From positions 15,060 through 79,059 of the forward strand of contig JALGXW010000011.1 in the NCBI GenBank assembly GCA_029821875.1: 64,000 nucleotides of DNA, read 5' to 3'. The stretch is from Candidatus Hebobacterum abditum (GTDB lineage: Bacteria > Armatimonadota > Hebobacteria > Hebobacterales > Hebobacteraceae). Under the pieces are notes generated by a model. The model was not told where the DNA came from, did not search any database, and was given only the letters and a program-made list of their open reading frames with translations. How positions within the stretch are numbered: the first letter of the stretch is position 1; each line of letters begins with the position of its first letter. Below are positions 25,565-32,329 of the stretch, piece after piece. The translations under genes and the position numbers were made by a program.

Positions 25565-26794
25565 ATGGAGCGCGAGCGGACAACAGCCTTCAGCGAAGCC
25601 TGCAACGCCGGAGAGCCGGCCGTCGCGCCGGACGGTAAGGGAGACCCGTTCGCCTGGTTCGCTTCGATGCTGCCTAACTGCCTGGAGTACGCGAAGGCGG
25701 CCAAAGCGGAGGGGCGGCCGATCGTCGGCATAACGTGCGAATACACGCCGAGAGAACTGATAGTCGCCGCCGGGGCGGTCCCGGTGTGCCTGTGCGGCGG
25801 CTCCGCGGACACCATTCCTACGGCCGAGCGAGACCTTCCCGCCAACCTGTGTCCGCTGGTCAAGTCCACCTATGGCTACCACGCAGAGAAGGGCAACCCA
25901 CTCCTTGAGATGGCCGATCTGCTTGTGGTCGAGACGACCTGCGACGGCAAGAAGAAGATGTACGAGCTGATGGCCGAGAGCCGGCCCGTGCATCTGCTCG
26001 AGCTGCCGCAGAAGGCGGAAGACGATGCTGCCTTCGAGCACTGGGCGGGCGAGCTTCGCGCCCTTGTCGCCGTGCTTGCGGAGAAGCTCGGCGGCTCGCC
26101 GTCCCAGGATGGCATCGAGAGCGCAATTCGAGCCATGAATCGCGAGCGATCGCTGCGGCGCGACCTGGCCGCCCTGATGCAGTCGGACGCCCCCCCGCTA
26201 ACCGGACGGCAACTGCTCGACTGCCGAAGCATCATCGCCGGCGTTCCTGTGGCTCTGGAACAGTATGAGCGGACGCTGGACATGCTTCGGGCCGGGGAAG
26301 CGCGTGGCGAGATGAATTCGGGGGTGCGCGTGCTGATGACAGGCGTGCCGATCGTCCGGGGAGCGGAGCGCGTTGTGGACATAGTCGAAGGAGCCGGCGG
26401 CCTCGTCGTCTGCATGGAGAACTGCACAGGTGTCAAGCCGATTCTCGACGACGTCGCAGAGGGTACGCCCGATCCGATGCACGCGATAGCCGAGAAGTAC
26501 TTCGCGCTGCCCTGCTCGGTGATGACGCCGAATGAGCGACGGCAGACGACGCTCCGTCAGCTGGCGGAGGAGTACCGACCACAGTGCGTGATCGAGCTCA
26601 TCTGGCAGGCCTGCCTGACCTATGACGTTGAGTCGTTCTTCATCCGGCGTCTGGCGGAGGAAGAACTCGGGATACCGTATCTTCGAATCGAGACGGACTA
26701 CTCGCCATCCGACTCCGCGCGCATTGAGACACGGGTGCAGGCTCTCTTCGAGACGGTGCGCGGGCGGTCTGTTGCCGAGACGAGAAGAGGATGA
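25565..26794 (+). CDS. 2-hydroxyacyl-CoA dehydratase family / double-cubane-cluster (YjiM-like) protein
   Basis: 409 aa with conserved Cys positions (ITCEYTPRELI, VCLCGG, NLCPLVKS, ETTCDGKKKMYE). It is a single subunit immediately followed by an activase gene. Confidence 0.75.
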   Translation: MERERTTAFSEACNAGEPAVAPDGKGDPFAWFASMLPNCLEYAKAAKAEGRPIVGITCEYTPRELIVAAGAVPVCLCGGSADTIPTAERDLPANLCPLVKSTYGYHAEKGNPLLEMADLLVVETTCDGKKKMYELMAESRPVHLLELPQKAEDDAAFEHWAGELRALVAVLAEKLGGSPSQDGIESAIRAMNRERSLRRDLAALMQSDAPPLTGRQLLDCRSIIAGVPVALEQYERTLDMLRAGEARGEMNSGVRVLMTGVPIVRGAERVVDIVEGAGGLVVCMENCTGVKPILDDVAEGTPDPMHAIAEKYFALPCSVMTPNERRQTTLRQLAEEYRPQCVIELIWQACLTYDVESFFIRRLAEEELGIPYLRIETDYSPSDSARIETRVQALFETVRGRSVAETRRG

Positions 26795-26797
26795 GCC

Positions 26798-27571
26798 TTG
26801 ATCTGTGCTGGCATTGACGCGGGCTCCAGGACGACCAAGATCGCCCTCATGGGAGACGGCGACGAGGTGCTGCTCGCGTCGGCGGTGGGCGAGCCGGGTG
26901 CGTGCACCGCGACTCAGGCGGAGGAGCTGTTCGAGAAGACCGTCGCGCAGCACCAAGTGGACCGGGACCGCATCGGGCGCGTCGTCGCAACGGGATACGG
27001 CCGCGCGGCACTACAGATGGCCGATACGACCGTCACCGAGATAACATGCCATGCCCGCGGGGTGCAGTTTCTCGAGCCAAGAGCGGCCACCGTGGTGGAG
27101 ATCGGCGGACAGGATAGCAAGATCATCCTGCTGGACGGGAACGGCGGGGTCCGCGATTTCGTCATGAACGACCGTTGTGCGGCTGGCACAGGTCGATTCC
27201 TGGAGATGGTCGCGGAGCGCCTCGACGTCGGGGCCGTGGGGCTTGGCGAGTTGGCGGCCGGGAGTCAGAAGCCAGCGACCATCAATCCCACTTGCGCCGT
27301 CTTTGCGGAGACTGAGATCATCGGACTGCTATCGGCCGGCGCGAAGCCCCAGGACGTCGCGGCCGGCGTGCAGGAAACCGTCGCCACCCGCATGGCGACT
27401 CTGGCCGTAGGCAGGGCCGAGCGGCCCGTGGTCTTCGCCGGTGGCGTGGCGCTGATACCGGGGATGGCCAGCGCGCTGAGTCGCGCCCTTGCGTGTCAAG
27501 TAGAGGTGGCGAGCGCGCCGCAGCTCACCGGAGCCATCGGAGCGGCGCTCATAGCCTGCCGGGAGGCATGA
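26798..27571 (+). CDS. CoA-substrate-specific enzyme activase (BcrAD/BadFG/HgdC/YjiL-type ATPase)
   Basis: ICAGIDAGSRTTKIAL, VVEIGGQDSKII, NDRCAAGTGRFLE (cluster-ligating Cys), CAVFAETE. TTG start. Confidence 0.85.
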   Translation: MICAGIDAGSRTTKIALMGDGDEVLLASAVGEPGACTATQAEELFEKTVAQHQVDRDRIGRVVATGYGRAALQMADTTVTEITCHARGVQFLEPRAATVVEIGGQDSKIILLDGNGGVRDFVMNDRCAAGTGRFLEMVAERLDVGAVGLGELAAGSQKPATINPTCAVFAETEIIGLLSAGAKPQDVAAGVQETVATRMATLAVGRAERPVVFAGGVALIPGMASALSRALACQVEVASAPQLTGAIGAALIACREA

Positions 27572-27688
27572 TGCGTTGAGCAGGCCGCGCGAGCAGCATG
27601 TTGAGAACGGGACAGATGGGTGCTATGATGATCTGTCTGCTGGCAACATCACGAGTCGCCTTGAGGGACTGTCAGAAAGGACCCTTCC

Positions 27689-27967
27689 ATGACAGCAGGC
27701 AGGGCAGGCTTCCTGGTCTCGCTGGTGCCACTGGCGGTCTATCTCTCCGCGATATGTTCCCAGCCTGGCTGAGGGACGTCTGTCGGAAGCCTGTTAGGCT
27801 TCCTCGCGGTGGGATCGATCCCGGTGGCCCTTGGGCTTGGCATCAAGGGCCGGCGGCAAGGCGTTGACCGTGCGTACGCGACAGCAGGATTGCTGATCAG
27901 CAGCGTGACAGCGGCGTTTGTCTTGTTGCTGCTTGGTGTCGGGCTCGCCATGTCGGTGTATAGGTGA
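27689..27967 (+). CDS. small two/three-helix membrane protein; putative selenoprotein (in-frame TGA at 27770..27772)
   Basis: Hand translation: MTAGRAGFLVSLVPLAVYLSAICSQPG-TGA-GTSVGSLLGFLAVGSIPVALGLGIKGRRQGVDRAYATAGLLISSVTAAFVLLLLGVGLAMSVYR. Both halves are hydrophobic. A hairpin lies 12 nt after the TGA. The stop is 31 nt upstream of selD. The post-TGA half has no convincing start codon of its own. Confidence 0.45.
27785..27803 (+). promoter_or_regulatory. putative bacterial SECIS hairpin
   Basis: GGAAGCC-UGUUA-GGCUUCC is a perfect 7-bp stem with a 5-nt loop containing GU, 12 nt after the TGA at 27770..27772. Confidence 0.5.
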
Positions 27968-27997
27968 GTTCGAGTCGATCGTGCAACTAAGGAGTGG

Positions 27998-29629
27998 ATG
28001 GTGGCAGGTACGTCAAAGCGGGCGCGAGTGATGGGTCGGTCTGCCCGCGTTGGGCACTGCATCTGCGATCCGAGGAAGCCGTGCCCCTGCGACGTCTTCC
28101 TGGAGCAAGACGTGTGTCTCTGTGCGGGCGAACGCCTGCCGGACGCCGACAGCCCCACGGAGTCGATCGCCTTGACCAAGCTAGTGAAGAACGCTGGCTG
28201 CGCCTCGAAGATCCCTCCCGCCTACCTGGCATCGATTCTCTCCCGCCTACCGAGGATAGAGGACCCGCGGCTGCTCGTCGGGAGCCACACAGCGGACGAC
28301 GCCGGGGTCTTCGAGATCGCCCCTGATCTGCTCCTGGTGCAGACGGTCGACGTCTTCGCTCCCTGTGTCGATGATCCGTACGAGTTCGGACAGATCGCGG
28401 CCTGCAACTCGCTGAGCGATTGCTACGCAATGGGTGGGACCCCGCTCACTGCGATGTCTGTCATCGGCTACCCCGCGCATACCTTGAGCGATGAGTGGAT
28501 GTGCCAGATCCTACGGGGGGGCATGGACAAGCTGGCGGAGGCCGATGTGGTCCTCGTCGGCGGCCACAGCGCCAACGACGACGATATCAGGTTCGGCTTC
28601 GCAGTGACTGGCATCGCGAGCCAGGCCGACCTGATCACCAACGCAGGCGCGCAGCCGGGTGACCTGCTCATCCTGACGAAGCCCCTGGGAACGGGGATAG
28701 TCGCCTTCGCCTCCCAGGTCGGACGCGCCTCGGAGGAGGACAAGCGAGCGTCCGCGGCCTCCATGATGATGCTCAACCGGGCCGCGTCGCAGGTCATGCG
28801 CGAGGTTGGCGCTCATGCCTGCACGGACGTCACGGGATTCGGCCTCCTCGGCCACCTTCGCCACATGGTGTGCGCAAGCCGCGTCACAGCAGAGGTCTGG
28901 TGGGAGAGACTGCCGCTGTTCGAGGGGATCGGGGGATATGCTCTGGACGGCCTGGTCTCCGGGGCCGCCGAACGCAACCGGGAGTTCGCCGGGGAACTGA
29001 CCGAGGTGGGGGAGGCGACCCCGGAATGGGTGTTGGATGTCCTCTATGACCCGCAGACATCGGGGGGACTGCTGATTTCCGTTGCGGCCACATCGGCCGA
29101 GCCCACTGTCTCGCGGCTCAAATCGCTGGGGTGCACCGAGTCCGCCGTAGTCGGCCAAGTGACCGAGGAATCGGAGGGGAGGATACTGGTGAAGAAGGCA
29201 GATGAGAGTGCCGCGAGTGACGCCGTGTCGGGCTCACCCGCGCGTGACAGGGCGGCGCAAGACGACATCGCGTCGGCAGCCTCGCGGAGTGTGCCTGTGG
29301 CAGAGGCGAACACCGAGGAATGCTGCGCGCCTGGCAGCGCTCCCGCCGACGCGAGCGAGACGCAGAGGCGGTTCAGCCAGTTCATGGGCGCCGCCTTCGG
29401 GCCCGGCGCCCTGGACGTGGTTCAGAAAGAGCTCGTCACGATCGCGCTGTCGGTTGCGACGCGCTGTGAGCCATGCCTCAAGGTTCACCTGGACAAGGCC
29501 GAGAAGATGGGAATCTCGGCTGATGAGGTGAAGGAGGCCGCCTGGATGGGCGTGGCCTTTGGCGGCGCCAGCGCGATGATGTTCTGGACGGAAGCATCGA
29601 AGCTGCTGCTTGATGACGAAGGCGCGTAG
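27998..29629 (+). CDS. selD: selenide, water dikinase (selenophosphate synthetase) with N-terminal Cys-rich extension and C-terminal AhpD/carboxymuconolactone-decarboxylase-like domain
   Basis: SelD core: LTKLVKNAGCASKIPP (Cys form of the catalytic loop), DDAGVFE, QTVDVF, GGHSANDDDIRFG, TDVTGFGLLGHL. N-terminal HCICDPRKPCPCDVFLEQDVCLCAGE. The C-terminal roughly 90 aa contain the RCEPC (CxxC) motif typical of AhpD-like domains. Confidence 0.9.
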   Translation: MVAGTSKRARVMGRSARVGHCICDPRKPCPCDVFLEQDVCLCAGERLPDADSPTESIALTKLVKNAGCASKIPPAYLASILSRLPRIEDPRLLVGSHTADDAGVFEIAPDLLLVQTVDVFAPCVDDPYEFGQIAACNSLSDCYAMGGTPLTAMSVIGYPAHTLSDEWMCQILRGGMDKLAEADVVLVGGHSANDDDIRFGFAVTGIASQADLITNAGAQPGDLLILTKPLGTGIVAFASQVGRASEEDKRASAASMMMLNRAASQVMREVGAHACTDVTGFGLLGHLRHMVCASRVTAEVWWERLPLFEGIGGYALDGLVSGAAERNREFAGELTEVGEATPEWVLDVLYDPQTSGGLLISVAATSAEPTVSRLKSLGCTESAVVGQVTEESEGRILVKKADESAASDAVSGSPARDRAAQDDIASAASRSVPVAEANTEECCAPGSAPADASETQRRFSQFMGAAFGPGALDVVQKELVTIALSVATRCEPCLKVHLDKAEKMGISADEVKEAAWMGVAFGGASAMMFWTEASKLLLDDEGA

Positions 29630-29702
29630 GGACAACTGTGCCCTCTTCTATGGAATGCGCGGAGGACCTCGGGTCGAAGTCAGGCAGCGTTGACGTCGAG
29701 GC

Positions 29703-29801
29703 GGGAGCGGATTGGTTCTGGTGGACCTCCCCGGGCTTCAAACCCGGCGGTGGGGCCCTGATAAGGTCCTGGGTGGGTTCGATTCCCACACGCTCCCGCC
29801 A
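29703..29801 (+). tRNA. selC: tRNA-Sec (anticodon UCA)
   Basis: Anticodon arm CCGGG-CUUCAAA-CCCGG with UCA at positions 34-36. Long variable arm GGGCC-CUGAUAA-GGUCC. T arm GUGGG-UUCGAUU-CCCAC. Acceptor GGGAGCG/CGCUCCC, then G73 and an encoded CCA. It lies between selD and selA. Confidence 0.85.
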
Positions 29802-29850
29802 ACTCGGTCTGACGACTTGATTCAAGCGGAGAACCGTTCCTAGAGAGCAC

Positions 29851-30756
29851 ATGAGCACGAGCGACCGCCGACAGCGACTGCTGGAGAAACGGCCACGAGT
29901 GCAGCTCTACTCCCTCGTTGTGCTCAACAGCTACATCCTCGCACCTGTCGGCAAGTACATCTGCCTGCCTGTGCTGAACTGCTACGCCTGCCCGATTGGG
30001 ACCGTCGCTTGTCCGGTCGGAAGCATCACCGCCTTCGTTATGGTGCCCTACTTCCCATTCTACGTCATCGGCATGCTGGGCATCGCCGGCCTTGCCGTCG
30101 GCAGAGCCTTCTGCGGATGGGCCTGCCCGTTCGGGTACGTGCAGGATCTGCTCCATCGCATCCCTGGCCGCAAGTTCGGGCTGCCTCGTGCACTCGACGC
30201 GACGAAGTACGTCTTGCTAGTCGTCCTTGTGGTGGGCCTTCCTCTTCTGCTTGGCAACCCGTACGACTTCACGGGAACTGAGCGAGTCGTCTTCGAGGCA
30301 GGCGGCACGTGGGACTACTGTGCACTGGTGTGCCCTGTCGGGACGCTCCAGGCGGGTGTGCCCGGCCTCATAGCCAATGCCGACTTCCGCGAGAAGGCAT
30401 CGTGGCGCACGGCGAGCAAGCTCGCCATCCTCGCTATCGTGTTGGCCCTCGCCGTGCTGTCGCACCGGAGCTTCTGCCGAGTTCTGTGTCCGCTTGGCGC
30501 ACTCATGGCGATCGCCTCGATTGTCAAGCTGCCCCGGCTTCGCACCGATCAGGGCGCGTGCACGCGCTGCCTGCGCTGCCGCCGCACATGCCCGACCAGC
30601 AGTCGCTTAGTACCAGAGAATGCCGGCGAGGGCGAGGCCACCTCCGAGTGCGTTCTCTGTCTCGAATGTGTGCGGGTCTGCCCTGAGGCCGGCGCGCTCT
30701 CTGCTTCCCTGGGAGGGAAGTCCCTGGTGACATCCGGAGGAAAGACGAGTGAGTAG
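29851..30756 (+). CDS. NapH/NosR-type membrane 4Fe-4S polyferredoxin
   Basis: CxxxCP motifs (NCYACPIG, VACPVGS, GWACPFGYVQDLL, LVCPVGT, VLCPLGA) within TM segments, plus two ferredoxin motifs CTRCLRCRRTCP and CVLCLECVRVCP. Confidence 0.8.
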   Translation: MSTSDRRQRLLEKRPRVQLYSLVVLNSYILAPVGKYICLPVLNCYACPIGTVACPVGSITAFVMVPYFPFYVIGMLGIAGLAVGRAFCGWACPFGYVQDLLHRIPGRKFGLPRALDATKYVLLVVLVVGLPLLLGNPYDFTGTERVVFEAGGTWDYCALVCPVGTLQAGVPGLIANADFREKASWRTASKLAILAIVLALAVLSHRSFCRVLCPLGALMAIASIVKLPRLRTDQGACTRCLRCRRTCPTSSRLVPENAGEGEATSECVLCLECVRVCPEAGALSASLGGKSLVTSGGKTSE

Positions 30757-30877
30757 GAAGACCTGGATACTGGTTGCTGTCGTGCTGTCGGTACTGGCCG
30801 CATGCCTCGCGTATGGCATCTACCTCGGCGACCCGGGCTATGTGTTCGCCAATGCCCTGGCCGTCTGCTATACGTGA
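30749..30877 (+). CDS. possible 42-aa single-helix membrane peptide
   Basis: GTG at 30749 overlaps the polyferredoxin stop. The translation is VSRKTWILVAVVLSVLAACLAYGIYLGDPGYVFANALAVCYT. It is below the track cutoff and has no homology support. Confidence 0.3.
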   Translation: MSRKTWILVAVVLSVLAACLAYGIYLGDPGYVFANALAVCYT

Positions 30878-30898
30878 CCGCTAGGAGAATGACCGCGC

Positions 30899-32323
30899 GT
30901 GTCGCGGCCCAAACCCAACAACGGTGATGACGATCGGTCCGCCCTCCGGCGGCTCCCGCGCGTGGACGACCTCCTCGCGCACCACCTGCTGGCCGACCTG
31001 GTTCGGCGCGCGCCCCGCTCTGTCGCGCTCAGTGCTGCCCGGGACGCGGTGGCCGAGGCGCGGGAGCAGATCCGCCGAGGCGAGGACATGTCCGACCACG
31101 ATTTGGTCGCGGCGCGAGCGGCCGAACTCCTGGAGGGACGCCTGCGGCCGAGCCTCCGTAGGTGCATCAACGCAACCGGTGTCATCCTTCACACTGGGCT
31201 CGGCCGAGCGCCCTTCTCGGCGGCCGCGCAGAGCGCGGTGGCGGAGGTGACGAAGGGATACAGCAACGTGCAGGCCGACATCGCAACGGGCCAGCGCGCC
31301 AGCCGGGAGGCACACGTGGAGTGGCTCCTCGAGCAGATCTGCGGTGCTCCCGCGGCGGTGGTCGTGAACAACAACGCCGCGGCGACGGTGCTCGTACTGA
31401 ACACACTGGCGGCCGACCGAGAGGTCATCGTCTCCCGCGGTGAGCTCATCGAGATCGGCGGAGCGTTCCGTCTTCCCGATATCATCCGTCTGGCGCGCTG
31501 CCGATTGGTCGAGGTCGGCTGCACGAACAGAACACACCTGCGCGACTATGAGCAAGCGATTACAGGGGACACCGCGCTGCTGCTCTCGATCCATCAAAGC
31601 AACTACGTGATCCAGGGCTTTGCCTCTCAGGTGGACATCAGCGAGATCGCCCGATTGGCGAAGTCCCGCAATCTGGTGTGCGCGCACGACCTCGGCAGTG
31701 GGGCGCTGGTCGACCTGCGCCGCTTCGGCTTGCCCTATGAACCTGTGGTGCGGGTGAGCCTGGAGGGGGGCGCCGACATTGCCTTCTTCAGCGGGGACAA
31801 GCTGCTCGGCGGGCCGCAGTGCGGGGTAATCGTGGGCGAGGCCGATCTTCTGCAGTCGATGCGTCAGAACCCCTTCTATCGCACCTTCAGGGTCGACAAG
31901 CTCACGCTCGCCGCGCTCGAGAGTACCCTGCGTCTCTTCTTGGATGTTGACGCACTGCCCGACACGCATCGCGTCATCGCCATGCTGACCGTCCCCGTGG
32001 AAGAGCTGAGGGCCCGAGCCCAAACGCTGGCGGAGACCGCGCGCGAGCGTTGTGGCTCCTGGCTTCGCACAGACGTGCGCGACGGGGAGTCGCAAGTCGG
32101 CGGCGGCTCTCTTGCAGGCCACGCGCTTCCCACTGCGCTCGTGGCGCTCGTGTCCGATCGCGTGTCGCCGCTCGAACTTGCGCGTCGGCTCCGCGCAGGC
32201 GATCCACCGGTGTTCGCGCGAGTCGGGGACGACGCCGTGCTCCTCGATGCCCGCACTATGGAGGCGAGCGACGACGCTCCTCTCGTACATGCCCTGGAGC
32301 AGGTGGGTCGCTCCCTTGGGTGA
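30899..32323 (+). CDS. selA: L-seryl-tRNA(Sec) selenium transferase
   Basis: GELIEIGGAFRLPDI and FSGDKLLGGPQCGVIVG (PLP lysine motif). The 474-aa length fits SelA. GTG start with AGGAGA upstream. Confidence 0.9.
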   Translation: MSRPKPNNGDDDRSALRRLPRVDDLLAHHLLADLVRRAPRSVALSAARDAVAEAREQIRRGEDMSDHDLVAARAAELLEGRLRPSLRRCINATGVILHTGLGRAPFSAAAQSAVAEVTKGYSNVQADIATGQRASREAHVEWLLEQICGAPAAVVVNNNAAATVLVLNTLAADREVIVSRGELIEIGGAFRLPDIIRLARCRLVEVGCTNRTHLRDYEQAITGDTALLLSIHQSNYVIQGFASQVDISEIARLAKSRNLVCAHDLGSGALVDLRRFGLPYEPVVRVSLEGGADIAFFSGDKLLGGPQCGVIVGEADLLQSMRQNPFYRTFRVDKLTLAALESTLRLFLDVDALPDTHRVIAMLTVPVEELRARAQTLAETARERCGSWLRTDVRDGESQVGGGSLAGHALPTALVALVSDRVSPLELARRLRAGDPPVFARVGDDAVLLDARTMEASDDAPLVHALEQVGRSLG

Positions 32324-32329
32324 GGCCTC

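Noticed and set aside
30875-30889. Read-through of the TGA ending the 42-codon micro-ORF (would give ...VCYT-U-PLGE)
   Set aside because: Only four further codons lie before the next stop, there is no hairpin, and the region carries the selA ribosome-binding site.
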